From the human T2T-CHM13v2.0 reference genome, Homo sapiens: 64,000 nucleotides of DNA. Where the stretch lies: NCBI RefSeq assembly GCF_009914755.1, contig NC_060926.1; one strand, 5' to 3'. Position numbers and translations under genes: made by a program. Under the pieces are notes generated by a model, which was given only the letters and a program-made list of their open reading frames with translations, was not told the origin of the DNA and ran no database searches. Below, one piece after another: positions 34,561 to 52,359 of the stretch. How positions within the stretch are numbered: the stretch's first letter is position 1; every line of letters starts with the position of its first letter.

Positions 34561-34947
34561 GGAACAAAAAGAAACAAAAAACCCAAAGAAAGAAGCAATG
34601 AAAGGAAAAAAAAGTCTATCATGACTTGTTCTTAACAAAATCCATGCTGGCTTATAATGATCACTACTTTTCTTAGTGCTCCATCAAGAGGGGTAAACGC
34701 TGTAGTGTGAAGAAGAGAATTTGACTCTAATTTAACTATAAGGACAATAATAGAGGAGTTTCATATACTCAGGTGATGAAAACAGGAATACGAGATTAGG
34801 AAGAGTTCCAAAGCCAATAATATAAAGGTAATAGTTATTGTCAACATTTCTTATAATTCCAATTGGTACCAGTATGGCCTGCGAAAATAAATTTCAGATT
34901 TAATTTCAGTTATTAAAATTTATCTGTTAGGTTTCTTATACATCTAA

Positions 34948-35282
<335 letters not shown>

Positions 35283-35538
35283 TAAGCAGATGTTTTTAAT
35301 CTGAACATTCTAAATAAAAATACAACAGTTCTGGTGGAATAGTAACTGCTAGGCAGATCACATGTGAAGCTATATTGGCCTTATTTTCTACAATGTGTTT
35401 CAGAGCTGGAAGAGACCCAGAGTAGACAACAAAGGCTTCCTTTTATAGATGAGGACACTGACCAAGATCACAAAGCCACCTTCTGGCATGGGTGGGCATA
35501 GAAATTAGATCTACTCAGCTGCTATTGATAATGCTTCA

Positions 35539-35718
<180 letters not shown>

Positions 35719-36691
35719 TCAATCATATTTATATTTTTACATAATCAACATTTATAAATATATTTTTGTTTCAAGAAAAGACAGTTTTTAGCTAAACTTG
35801 CCAGTTTTTAAAGGCTGTTAGTTAAAAATCTAAGATATACATTAACGTTAAAGAACCAAAACTCTCTATGGTTTATTAACACATATAAATGAACACCATT
35901 GACTGCCAAAAAGTAGCAGTTACAGCTATTCTGTTTCTGATTCTGTTGCTTAGCAAGTTAGATGATAGCTGACACAGTGATGACCCAAGCAATCCTGGTG
36001 TGCACTCTGAATCATGGCAGAAAGTTGCCATGAAATTACTTGCAAGGCTAATCTTAGTAATGAATTTTGATGGCCTACTTCTCTGAAAAGTGGTAATCAT
36101 ACTATATAAATAGTAACTATAGATAAGATTGTTTAATTGGGAAAATACCTCAGTCTCTGCCAATTTCAAAGTAAAGAGCTTACTGTGATGATACAATGTA
36201 TACATTAATTGTTTTGAGAATTTCTTATTCTTGGAATTCAATTTCACTTACTTCTGCATTGCAACATTAATAATGGCAAAGATTAAGGGTTACCACACAT
36301 ATGGTAATAATAGTTACATTATTTATTATTAACTAGTCTGAAATGTCCACAATTACAGAAGTATAAAGCTTATTAATTCTCTGGGCAATATTAAGTCTTG
36401 GAATTGTAAATATTAATTTAAAACTTCTCTTCAAACTGCTATAAATAACCTGTCCTAAAATAGTCTTAATAATGTATTTCAAAATTTAGAACTTTATCTG
36501 CTTTGCATATTGTAATTCGGTTCTGCAATTGCTTTAAAAATAAAAGTAACAATTTTTGAATAAATCAAATGGTAAGCAAAAGACTTAAGTTTAATAAATA
36601 AGTTGATTAAATTAATAAATTTATAGGCTGATAATAACCAAACAAAAATCTCTTATCAAAAGTAGAGTTATAAGATCAAATATGAAGTTTA

Positions 36692-36787
<96 letters not shown>

Positions 36788-37834
36788 TTAAGAAATAAAA
36801 AGAGGAAATGACAGTTTTTACAATTTCCAAGCATTCATTTAAAAAAGTCTTTTAATTTTATTTATGTCATTTTCACCAGGAAAATGCCAACCCACTTTGA
36901 TATGATAGTGTCCATAAGTTCCATATCCAACAGCTTTAACTGGTTTCCTAACCTCTGTCAGAGAATATTAGGACTGCCCCTATCATGTTTTCCTGTGTTC
37001 TTTCGGCCAATGGAAAAATGTAATTTCAAAACATGTATCTATTATTATTTTTGCTAGACAGATGTCTTCTTTTCTCTCTTCAAATGGCCAAATTTCATCA
37101 GGTTTTGACTTCAAGAAATACAGCTACACTAAGTTCCCTCTCATTAAACCTGCATTAATGTTGTGCCTAGTGCAGATTAAGAAGAGAAAATCCAAAAATA
37201 AATAACACCATCCTTACCCTCTGGGAGCTCAGTCTCAAAACTAAATTTCCTCTTAAAACAACAACAAAAGGATGATGCATTGTCTGGATTTCTATTTTTT
37301 CTTTACATTTCTGTATTTCCCATATTTTCTACAGTGAACATGCATTAAAACAGAAAAAAACTATATACACATAATGGTGGAGGTGAAAAAAACTCACCAG
37401 AAAGTAATTAAGTCTCAGATTACTCAATGGAAATGCTTGTGAAGGTAGCACGATTTCTAAAACACTATCACATACATTGTCTCAACGCCAAGTAACTCTG
37501 TGGAAGGTAGGAGGAAACATCCTCAATTTAAAGACGAAGAAACAAATTAAGGCACAGAGAAATTACATGACTTTGATTTCCTCAGGGTCATGATGTTAGG
37601 AAATGACAGTAGCAGCATACAACCTAAATCTTAGGAGGTCCAATAGACTTAACTCATCCCTCTAGTCTCAATGATCAGACTGACACCCTGCTAAAAGAAA
37701 CAATGGGAGCCTGGGAGGGTAAACGGGAAGCTAGAGGATTGCAGAAAACGAAACAGCAGTAAAAATAAACCTTTAGGGGACTTGGATAGGGGGAAAACAT
37801 GGGGAAAATTACACAGAAAATTTAGAAAGGTAAT

Positions 37835-37962
37835 CCAGGTGGGTGTGGCAGCACACACCTGTAATCCCAGCTACTTGGGAGGCTAAAGCAGGAGGATCAC
37901 TTGAGCCCAGGAGTTCCAGACCAACGTGGGCAACACAGTGACACCCTGTCTCTGAAAAAAAA
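37835..37962 (+). mobile_element. FLAM monomer
   Basis: Single monomer; TSD ttagaaaggtaat. Confidence 0.85.
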
Positions 37963-39365
37963 TTTTTCTTTAGAAAGGTAATTAATCTACTAATCCTAGA
38001 ATAACTGTACATACTATGCTTGCCACTCAGTTATAGTTCATATTTTTAATTTTCATTCACTAAAAAATGTTAACACTTTGTGAAAATATTATTTAATAAC
38101 AGAAAGGGGCAAAGGTGTTAAGAGTAAACTATTAACATTTTTAATAACAAAATGATTTATATCCCACTGATATCTAATACAGATACAAAGCAATCTTCAT
38201 TCTCTTCAACTAAAAGAAAAAAATACATTTTAAAAAATCCAACTTCCAGGTAAGCTGGGATTGTTAAATTCACACATTGAGACATACCCTCCCACACACA
38301 TACACATAAACAACATCACACACACATTCCTCCAAAACAGCTGGACTACTTTTCAAGGATTCTAACATTTGAGCATATTAGGCTATTTTTAAGTACCAAA
38401 TCAATGTATCTTTATTAGTATAATTTTGATATTTCAGTAAGTTTAAAATGTAAAATCTGAATCATTTATATTTTAGATGTATCTAGACTTATACTCTGTA
38501 TTACAATTTCAAATCAAAGAAAAGTATATTCATATGGAAAGCATTCTTCCATGCTTCCATTTACCTCCACGAGAAGAAAAAGAAGAAAAATATAAATTGA
38601 CAAGGAAAAGGCTTCTATTGCAACAGTAAATCTTCCTCAGAGATTTTTCAAACAGATAGAATATTAACACTTCATACTGAAATAAAAGTAACTCTGCATT
38701 AAAATCTCCATTTACACATAAGACAAGAGAAGCCTTTCTTTGAAGCAACACTACAACTTGACATTAATAAAAGAATGAAATCCTTGCTCCCCCGTATCTT
38801 CCCCAAAAGTTCTCTCCAAGAGATGGGATTATGTGAAGATTAACTAATCTGGAAAGTTTATAAATATTTTCCCATAAGATTCCCCAGTAGAATAGGGTCA
38901 GAGAGCTTTTTCAGCATTTGGAACATCTGAACATTTGCTCAACTCAACCATCTTGTTTATAAAACCATTTTTTAAAGACCAAACACTATCACAATTAGGC
39001 ACTATTATTTTTACATAGCATCAATTTTTAATGATACTATGATACTTTAATGTAGGTTGATAACATATACATTTATAAACTTACATTCTTACTTGAGGCC
39101 TTTACGTTTATAATTTTTACAATCAAAATTTATTCTACTTAGTATCACCTTTTAAGAAAAAAATTCTGAATTGTTTTCAGATAACAGTGTTTTAAGTATA
39201 TGAAATTAATACTGAGATCCAGTCACTGGGCAAGCTGAGTTAGCTCAGGACTTGATTGAAAGCCCATGTCTGTGACCTTCCTTGTTATGCAGTTTCAAAT
39301 AAACTTTCATAAGTTTTAAGTGTCAGTGATTTCAACTGTGATTATTTTCTTTAAGTGACCCTAAA

Positions 39366-39480
39366 CCAGACACAGTGGCACACCCCTGTAATCCCAGCTA
39401 CTCGGGAAGCTGAAGTGGGAGGACTGCTTGAGCCCAGGAGTTCAAGAGCAGCCTGGGCAACACAGCAAGACCCCATCTCA
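39366..39480 (+). mobile_element. FLAM monomer
   Basis: Single monomer. Confidence 0.82.
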
Positions 39481-40256
39481 TTTTTTTTAAAAATGATACT
39501 AAAACTGAGATAAAGAAATGCTAAAAAGAAATACAAATAAATTCAGGAAAAGACTACAACCAAAATTTTAAAGCAATGAAGAAAACGATCTGCCTGTTTC
39601 CAACCGTACAGAAATGACAGGAGAACATTTGAAAATGACAGCCCCACTGAGACTAAACAAAACACTACCACCAATAACTGACCAGAAAGAAAAATGCCAA
39701 GCAATGGGTACGTGCTAAAAGTCACAGAGGTCTATTGGATTTCAGGTCAGAAAGCAGCAAGATCAATGACTGATAATTAAAAGGGCCTAAATGAGGTGAG
39801 GAGTTAAAACCAGACTGATTACGAGAAAATCAGTACCCGGAGTGAAAATCCCCACTCCTAAAATAAGACACTGGAGGGAAAAACAACAACAACATCTTAT
39901 TGCCCAAGTTTCATATGAATCTGCATCACTAGATAGGTCAGACACAGCTTTCAATCAAGCCTTGGTCTATGCCCCCGGCTAGCCCAGTTACATCTCTAAG
40001 GTTACCAGCTGAGAAACGTGAATTAGCTCCAATGCAGAAACTAACTTAGGTTGTCTATATGCAAAAAGCATGAGAGAAAGGCAGGGAGAAAAATGTGTTA
40101 TCCTACTGTATTTTTTAAAAAAACATGTATAAGCCAAACACCCAGTTTCCCCTACTATAATTATTATGAGGGAAAAAATACATATACATAAAATGATCTA
40201 TTTTTCTAACTTTTCCTGAACACAGAGCCTTTTATACTTCAGTTGTCAAGAAATGA

Positions 40257-40608
<352 letters not shown>

Positions 40609-40679
40609 CTAATTGTTGTTAAACATCCAAATAAAATGCTTCAAAAAAATAAAAATAAAAGGAGATTGGAAATACTCTG

Positions 40680-41120
40680 CCAACCTGGAAAGTCTAAATT
40701 GATAAGCAATATGATGGAGATACCCTCTTAGGAATTTCAATTGCTAAATGAGGCACAAATTATCCTTTAGCTGAAAATTTTATACATTTATGAGTTGTCA
40801 GCACATATGTAGTATTTAAAGCTATAAAACTGGGTAAGATCACCAGAGGACTGATTATAGATAAACAGAAAAGAATCAAGTACAGAGTCCTGGGATGCAT
40901 CAATATTAAGAAACAAGGGAGAAGAGGGGACTAAAAAGGAACAACCATTTTTTTGAGGAGGGAAATCAAGACCATCATGGCATCTTAGAAGCCAGATGAA
41001 GAGTGCAGGAAGAGGGACAGAATGATAGACAAATGATAGACTAATGATAGTTAATCTGACTGGTAAATCAACCTTATTGAGGACTGTGAATTTAGTAACT
41101 CAGAGGTTAGCAGTAACTTT
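40680..41120 (-). mobile_element. L2 fragment
   Basis: gtagtatttaaagctataaaactgggtaagatcacc, tgaggactg motifs. Confidence 0.6.
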
Positions 41121-41811
41121 TCTAAAGGCTATTTGGATTACAAGTTTATTATTTCTAAATCACTGTTCACCACTTTCTTAGTACTACTATTTTAAATACC
41201 GTATTAAAAAAAAAGTCCATATTCATAGACTGTAAATAATACCTAGCATTCAGCATGACCACAAATTATGTCTTATTCTTTACAGCCTACCTACCAAAAA
41301 CTTTAACTACATTATACAGGTTAATACAGCATATATTATTAACAGGGACCTTTCTTGATTACTTTGCACCATGTATTGTGCAAAGCACTATACATGCATT
41401 TAACATTTTATTCCTCACAGCATATAAGTTAATACTATTGTCATACCTACATTAGTAGGCACAGAAACTGAAGCTTAAAGGTTAAAAGGTTAAAAAATGT
41501 GTCCAAGCCAGAATAGCTTATATGTAACAGAATTAAAATTTTATGATGCTCTTATAAACAATATTGAACTTAAAAGTTAATAAAATAATAAACTTAATTA
41601 GTAAAATTATTCCTCTAAAAGAATACTAAATAACAAACAAGTTTTAAAGTCAAGACAACCAAAGAAACAGTTAGTTACAGAGCATAGGAAGCATATTTCT
41701 GTGTATCTGCTGTACAGATTAGTGACCAGGAAATGTTATTTAAATGAATTTGTAACACATTTCCTCTGTTTGCTATTTCAACTCCAAACACAAATACATA
41801 ACTAAAATAGT

Positions 41812-42173
41812 TGATATGGTTTGGATTTTTGTGTCCCTGTCCAAATCTCATGTCAAATTGTAATCCCCAATGTTGGAGGAGGGGCTTGGTGGGAGGTGAT
41901 TGGATCACAGGGTAAGACTTTTCCCTGTTGTCATGATAGTGAGTGAGTACTCAGGAGATCTGGTTTAGAAGTGTGTAGCACCTCCCCCTTCTCCCTCTTC
42001 CTCCTTTCCCAGCCATGTAAGATATGCCTGCTTCCCTTTGCTTTCTGTCATGATTATAAGTTTCCTGAGGCCTCTCCAGCCACGCTTCCTGTACAGCCTA
42101 GGGAACTGTGAGTCAGTTAAACCTCTTTTCTTTATAAATTACCCAGTCTCAGGGTAATGAGCCAACAAATACA
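41812..42173 (+). mobile_element. MSTA-like solo LTR
   Basis: TGATATGGTTTGG start, MST internal motifs, degenerate 3' end. Confidence 0.85.
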
Positions 42174-42913
42174 CAGATGTGTTTTATAAAGAGATAATAA
42201 AGTAAAGGAAGTCTAGAAGTTAAGAAACCTGGGTTACATCATCACGGTTCTGCCATTTAGTGGCAACTTAAATTGAGGACGGCTAAGTCAACTTAATTGA
42301 GGACTGAGAATTTAGCAACTCAGAGGTTAGCAGTAACTTTGAGGAGAAAAACTTAATAGAGGAAAAGATAAAATTGTGTGACCCTACACAAGTAATTTCA
42401 CCCAACTTCTAGGGCCCTCATTTGTAAAAAAGAGTTCATAGCCTATAAAATCATTCTGGTGAGCAGTTCTTTAAAAATTGGCTATTTAAATAGTTAAAGC
42501 AAGGCCTGGCATAGGGAAAGAAACTTTCCTAGGGCAAAAGACAGGAGCAATAGGAATGTTTTTATGACTTTTCCTTGAGCCTCAGGCTCTAACATGGCTC
42601 AGCATGGCAAGATAGGACCAGTATTATTAATTTTTCCTTTTTGCCTCACATGCCAATATGGCTTGGCACAGTACTCTTCCTGATTTTGCCTTTCTTTAAA
42701 ATTTTGAGTTTGATATTCTGTTCATAGTGAGTCTTTGCATTAATTTTTAAAATATTACATTAAAATATCTTGATTACTGTGGCTTTTTAGGGTTCTCCCT
42801 CAAATTTTGTTCCAAGTGCCTGAATGGCTTCACCCTAACCTCAGCCGTGGTCCTAAAAAGAGAATGAACCTTTACAATGAGAGAGGCATTAACGATAGCA
42901 TATTCTGATTTTA

Positions 42914-43286
<373 letters not shown>

Positions 43287-43456
43287 TTATTGATTTGATC
43301 AAGGTTTTAGAAGAATTAAATGTAAAGTTGGTAATTGTTCTAATGGTGATAGTGCTCTGTGCTGATAATAAAGCAGCTGCTATTGCAGAGTTCTTGGATA
43401 GACATGATGCCAAACACTTTATATAACATCTCCTTATTTAATTTTCCTAACAGACT

Positions 43457-43522
43457 GTGGAATTATATGGTGTTAATTATATGGTGTTAATTATATGGTG
43501 GAATTATATGGTGTTAATTATA
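43457..43522. repeat. 14-bp minisatellite (aattatatggtgtt)~4.5 inside a MIR-like element
   Basis: Directly visible. Confidence 0.9.
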
Positions 43523-43808
43523 CAGTCTTAATATCACCATATTTTTTAGTTGAAATTTGGCTTGGAGAACTTAAACCATTTCCCAGAACTGCACAGCTTA
43601 GAAGCATTAAGGTTGGTATTGGGCCCAATGCTGCTTTGAATAATTATTGGTATTTTTTAAATTAAATTCTAATTTTTTTCTTCTAAAATATTAAGTTGAT
43701 GGGAAGATATGAATCAAATTGCATTCATAATGTAATACATTGTTTTATTATTTTATTTGTGTAATACATAATGTAACATATTGTTTAGAAACACATGAAT
43801 AAAATTAA

Positions 43809-44189
<381 letters not shown>

Positions 44190-44683
44190 TAAAAAAAGCT
44201 TCTCTCCTCAAAAATTACATACAATGTTACCTGAAACTCCCTATAAAACAGAAAACAGGCAATTTACACACCTATTATAAAATATTAGAAAAAGTAATGC
44301 ATCATCTGACTGAATCCTATTCTTAATTTAATATTGGTATTCAACTGAGAAACTACTGGCCAGATAAAATTAGAGTTGTTATTCTGATTGTAGGCAAGTT
44401 AGACTTTTTAAAAAGTATTTTCCATATTTGAAACTTGTACAGTTAAGTATCACAGATAGACTTTAGGGCAAAAAAAAAAAATCTCATCCAGGATATAACA
44501 CATACATGCAAGAAAAATACCCCCAAAAGGCCTGCTGGTTTTATGTTTTATTAATTTTCCTATTTGGTGCTCACAGTACACAGAATAATTATATGGCTTC
44601 AATATTTTGATATTCATAATATCGTTCAGCAGCAGTACTTTAAATACACTGATGGCAGGATCTGTTTATATAGTGCTCCATTA

Positions 44684-45226
<543 letters not shown>

Positions 45227-47269
45227 CTAGTAACTAAGAATGCTGGAGATGACAATGGCCAACTAAATTACAAAGCAACATTTGTCTGTAAAATATTTGT
45301 GGATATACAGTTAAGTAGATAGATAGCTAAGCTACTCTGAATATAGAGCTATTCCAGTATTTCTTAAATTTTGAAAAGATACAACAAACAGATAAAGTTT
45401 TGTTTATTAGAAGGTAAAACAGTTTGGTCATATTCACACTTAATGACAAGAAACAGTCTTCCCAGCCTGTTTCTAGTCAATTGTCAATTAAATAAACAGA
45501 ACCTTCTTTTTCATTTATAACAAGAAGTTTGTCTATATGGTTTCCACCCCTAAGAACCTAAATATAGAAAATTATTTTTCTACAATTGTGAAGTTAAATT
45601 TCTGCTTCATCTCCAAACAATATCACTCAATAAATGTTAGCTATTATTACCACTATTTTCAATATCACCTAAATACACACTATGCATTTAAAGATTACGT
45701 AATTTAGGATATGGAGAGATGGAAGGTTTTTACACTTTAACGTCTAAACCTATTAGCACATTTTTTATACTAACAGAACCAAAAACAGTTCCATCACTAA
45801 CATAATGTGTTCCATAAAGAAAATTATTTTACTCCTTTAAATCTCATTTTTGACATCTATGCAATACAACATTTAAGTCTCAGGGCTAGTGTGACAACTA
45901 ATGAAAGACTGTGATGCCAAATGAAACAAAGGTTAGGTACTAGTCACTGTAACTCCTTTTGTTATGAATGTACTTATGTTTTAATCAATTTTAAAAGCTC
46001 TTTCACTGCCAAGTAATTTTCAGTCTTATTTTAAGTTTATACAGCTTAACATTTTATTTAAGACAGTTAAAATCTGGGAAAGATTAGATATAACACAAAA
46101 GTGCTTGGAGCAACATTATTTATAATAGCAAGAAACTCAAAGCAACCTAAAAATCTGGAACAGAAAAACTAAGTAAATTTTACTAAAGCTTGTCAAAGTT
46201 ATATTAACCAATCATTAAAAATAGTTGTTACAAAGACTAGGTAGGAATTAGTATTTTTAAAAAATTAATGTTTAAAAAGTGCAGAATAAAAATTAAATGT
46301 ATAATAATTCTACTTAAGGGAATTATGTATATGAAATTTTTGAATGGAAAGCAAAAAATACAATAACTATCATACCATGATGAAATTATATCATTTTATT
46401 CTTTTCCTAAGTTTTTTGTGGTGAAATTTGTATTAATAACTCATAATAAAATATAGCAAATCTAAGTAAACAAGATCTAAGGTATTACAGAAGACAGTCT
46501 TAATACATTTAGACCTTTTAAAAAATTACTCATTTATTATCTATAGCTCCATATCTCTACTAAAACAGATGCTATTTTAAATCCCAATGCATTTCACTAT
46601 TCGCCGCCTCCTATAAGTCATATGTTGTTTTTTTTTCTCTCTCTTCTCTGAACTGGGATCTTAACAGGGATTAATAGGTTAATTTGAGAAAAACTAACTT
46701 TTTTTTCCCATCCAAGAACAAGGTAGGTCTCTCCATCTATTTCTTTCAGCAAAGTGATAAACACATCTATTCTAAATACATGTTGTTAAGTCTATATGCT
46801 AAGTATTTTACCTTTTTGTGGCTATTACCACATTATATTAGGTCAGCCATGTGGAGGACACAGAGCTCTCTGAGTACCTATATGAACAAAATTTTTTCAA
46901 GTTTCTGATAGAAATGTTCAAAATATCCCATTTCTTTCTAATTAATGATGTTTAAACATACATTAGGTAATTAAAAGCAAATGTAATTTCCCTAAAACTG
47001 TTAAAAACTTGTACATAAAAATAAAAATTTCATGAAAAACATAGGTGGGGTGGTGATTAGAAGGTCAGGATAAGGGGACATTCTGGAAAATTCTGTTTCT
47101 TGACCTAGCTGCTGATTATATGGGTTCTCAGATTGTAAAAATTTATCAAGCTGTATACATACAATGTACATACTTTTCTGTGAGGGTATATATAGACATA
47201 TATTTACAAAGAATGTTTTGGGTGCATTGGATAATAATGAACTTACTGACAACATAAAAATAGCACAGG

Positions 47270-47593
<324 letters not shown>

Positions 47594-48064
47594 TTAAAAC
47601 CTGTTTGCCATCATTGTGCTTAGACATTTTCACATACCTTTTCTAATATATTGTATCTTCTCAATCAGGGAGGACATATGAGTAGGAAACTCATCCTCAA
47701 GTCTGCTACATTTCAATGAAAACTTTTTATTACAGAGACTTATCCTCCAAACACTTTCAAAGCTTATTTGTGTTCAAAGTGCTGGGAGGGAGCAGGTTAT
47801 GAGAAGTCACACGACTTTATACTTTGGATCCCATCTTCCAAAAGATGTTTCTCATAACCCTTAAAAACAAGTCAGCAATTTTGAGTGAGAAGAGGAGAGC
47901 TGCCCTGCTGGAGAATCTGAGATGGAATTAAAGGAATTTCAAACACAAAACTATCTTTCCCTATTGTCAGAATTTGATATATCACTATAGTTATTATAAA
48001 TATGTTTTAAAACTACAGAGATTTAAAAATCTCATTTTATATTCCACATTAAAAAATCACTGGA

Positions 48065-48386
<322 letters not shown>

Positions 48387-49340
48387 TCAAATCATTATAC
48401 CCACAGACATCATCTTCAATTTTCCAGTCAAATATTAATCAAATCTAAACAATGAACTTTTTAAGGCACAACCAAGTACTTTTATAAAAAACCAAGTTCA
48501 CATGAAAAATCAAAGGGCAAAAATGTGTGCCCACAGATCACATTAGGAAATTAACATTTACTGAGTTCATACTATGTGCAAAAGAAAGTCACTCGCTCAT
48601 TCAATTCTCGTAAAAGTTCCACTAGAAAAAAAAAAATGGAGAAGTGTTTTGAGGCAGAGCCACTTAGGGATACAGCAGAGGCAGAAGCTGCAACCAGGAG
48701 CAGGTCTTTCTGCTATTCATATAACTACCACTAAGAACCACGAAAGAACACAGCAAGAAGAAAATAGTTGTTGATGGTTGTTTTAAAGGACGCACGCTTC
48801 TCTTTTCTTCTTCTAACTACATTTGTAACTATGCAGAACGAGTAGCCAACCTAATTTTCATGGAAAAGTAAAAATGTTCTTCTCAACAGAAACCAGAGAA
48901 GCAAGGCACAACTCATCCTTACCCAGGAGGCAACAGTTCTTTCATACCTCTCAGGAAACTTTTTTAAGTAAACACTTTTTAAAAATCAGAAAACATTTTA
49001 ACAACCTTTTAAATATCTATCCTGTCTCTCTTTTGTCCACTCTATGTGCCCTCCCCTATAAAGAATGATGAGCAAGTCTCGGAAAGCGAATCTAATTCAC
49101 AGTTTTTGGGGTCTATTTCATATTTTGGTAGCCTATAAATCCTTATTTGTCAGAGAAAAGGTCCCATTGATGAAACAATTTGATAACTAATAGGTAAATC
49201 TACAGTTTCTAAAGGCTAATTACCAACTAGACCATTTCATCCATAAATCTGCATATTGCTCCTTCATTTCTGGCAATAACAGCACCTTAAGTAGGAATAA
49301 TAATTTATCAACCAATTTAGATACACATTAGCAACTATGG

Positions 49341-49740
<400 letters not shown>

Positions 49741-50573
49741 TAAAGTCAACAAAAATCTAGACTTTATTCTTTGAACCATCTTGTAGGCTTAATAACCCTG
49801 TTTCTACAAAATAGTACACTGTGATCCAGTACCCTTATTTCCAAGTATCCACCAGATACCCAAAAGACCCAAGAAGTCTCCTAAGTTGAGTGGACCTACT
49901 CAATGAGAGTGTAAAATGATCTACTAAGGTGCAAAAAAAAAAGTTGTATCATTGGTGAGCAGAATTAGAAAGTGAGTATTGTGATTTAGTAACTACAGCC
50001 ACTAACGTATTATGCTTCTTCCATTTGTATCTATACCTCCTTGTGAAATTTCAGGAGGAAAAAAAACTTATGATAGTTCTCAAAACCTGGTAGCAAAATA
50101 AACTGAACTTAGAACCTAATCTTCAAATCACTGCAACAACATTAAACAAAAATTGTAAAAAGCAATAAAGCATATGTCATTTAGTGGGGAAAGAAAAAGT
50201 TTGTACCATTAATAAAGTAATATTTATAACAATCTTATGTTTATAAAATTATACTTTAAAAACTCCTCTTTTATGTATATTTTGTAATTTACATGTTTTA
50301 ATACTATAGTCCATGTATACAAATTATAAATAAAATATATTTGGAGATATTCTCAAAAATTTTTCAATGATGGGATACAAGATTAAAACTTCAGAGGTCA
50401 TAAATTCCTTAAAGGTAAGGAATTTTTTATCTTCCTTAAAGGTAAAAACTTATTTTCTATATTCCAGTCATAGTGTATATACTCAAAAAACTGTTGTGTA
50501 AATAGCCAGCATCTTAGTATCAACATAACCAAAATTAAATTAGGCATCTTCTCATTCAAATCTTACCTACTCT

Positions 50574-50873
<300 letters not shown>

Positions 50874-50977
50874 TCTTACCTACTCTACATCTAATAAGCA
50901 ACGCCATTCTATGTAAGTCAGGTTTAGAATTCCTTTCCCTTGTCCCTTACTTCAAGTCATTCCCTCTGTATAAGTCA

Positions 50978-51213
50978 TTCTGAGACGGAGTTTCGCTCAG
51001 CCTCCCAACTAGCTGGGATTACAGGCACCCACCACCACGCCCTGCTTATTTTTGTACTTTTAGTAGAGATGGGTTTTCACCATGTTGACTAGGCTGGTCT
51101 CGAATTCCAGACCACAGGTGATCCACCTGCCTTGGCCTCCCAAAGTGCTGGGATTACAGGCGTGAGCCACCACGCCCGGCCAGCAACTATGGTTTAAAAG
51201 AAATAACAAAATT
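50978..51213 (+). repeat. Direct local duplicate of 49354-49672 (Alu + flank) with an 84-bp internal deletion
   Basis: Shares private variants (cccaactagc, tgtacttt, gttgactagg) and the non-Alu flank caactatggtttaaaagaaata. Confidence 0.92.
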
Positions 51214-51409
51214 TCTCCATTATGGTTTCAGATTCACATTATTTCTTACCTACTAACTTGTTTCCCTGCCTCTAATCTCCCTCTGCTCCAGTACATCTCC
51301 ATTCTACTGCTGAGTAATCTTTCTGAAACATAAAGCTATACATTTCATGCTCTTCTTAATATTCAAATTTGTTGGGGTGGGGTGTTTTTTTGTTGTTGTT
51401 TTTTTTTTC

Positions 51410-51530
51410 TTTTGAGACGGAGTCTCACTCTGTCGCCCAGGCTGGAGTGCAGTGGTATGGTCTGGCTCATTGCAACCTCCGCAAGTGATTCTCTTCCCTC
51501 AGCCTCCCAAGTAGCTGGGATTACAGGCAC
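51410..51530 (-). mobile_element. 5'-truncated Alu right arm
   Basis: Reverse Alu right arm with a small deletion. Confidence 0.8.
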
Positions 51531-51669
51531 CCTTAACATTATTCCATACCTTCCAAATGCCTAGAAAATCAAGTCTAAACTAGCATTTGGAATACTTTGC
51601 CCCATCGACCTTCTCCAATCTGACTTCCCACTATTTACGACCCTTCTTTCACATTTGCTCTAGATTTGT

Positions 51670-52000
51670 ATTGTCCCATAGAGAAGGCACTAGTTACATC
51701 TGGCTACCAAGCACCTGAAATGTGGTTAGCTTGAACTGAGATGCTCTGGTAAATGTAAAATACACATTGGATTTCAAAGACTTAGTACTAATAAGAATAT
51801 GAAATAACTGTTTTAATAACTCGTTAATAATTTTAAAATATTGATTACATGTTAAAATAATACTTTGTTATACTGGGTTAAATGAAATATTTATTGAAAT
51901 TAATTTCATCTGTTTCCCTCCACCTTTTAAAATGAGGCTCCTGGGAAATTTTAAATTATATATGTGGCTCACATTATATATCTATTGAACAGTATCCACT
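51670..52000. mobile_element. MER3/MER33-like hAT-Charlie element
   Basis: aagcacctgaaatgtgg...aatgtaaaatacacattggatttcaaagacttagta. Confidence 0.7.
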
Positions 52001-52359
52001 GGAAAGTTTGGACCACCCAAACTTTCACCTTTCACCTTGGTCTTTCTACTTCCATCACTTTCCTCACAGTCTTTCACCACAGAACATTCAACACTCATTC
52101 ATTTGCTGAGGGGTAGCCATGTACCAAGGCTGAGTGCTAAGCATTAAAATAAAAAAATTAAAAAGTTAAAGTTCTTCAGTCATGTCTACTTGTTCAAATT
52201 TTTATCTATTCTTCAAAGATTAGTTCAGATAAAACTTATTTCTGTGAAATCTTCAGGATCCTCCAGGATAAAAATCTCTCCTTCCTAACTCCTACACATT
52301 ACATGTTCTTCAAAGAAGATGTCACTTTGTCCTTATAAAAGTTATTTTTGTACACAGCT

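Larger units (their letters stand above)
33400..34680 (-). mobile_element. CR1/L3 LINE reverse-transcriptase fragment split by two Alus
   Basis: Minus-strand remnants FLDRFIGLVDQG and QHGFxxNKS (catgacttgttcttaacaaaatccatgctgg). Confidence 0.7.

Noticed and set aside
35876-36247. 123-aa ORF (-) in ROCK2 intron 2 and an 8-bp hairpin (tcatggca/tgccatga) as a possible alternative exon or snoRNA
   Set aside because: No recognisable homology, no convincing splice sites or box C/D or H/ACA layout; cannot be supported without conservation data.
50403-50445. Hairpin aattcctta-aagg-taaggaatt with a 14-bp direct repeat
   Set aside because: Too short and AT-rich to separate from chance or a trivial micro-duplication.
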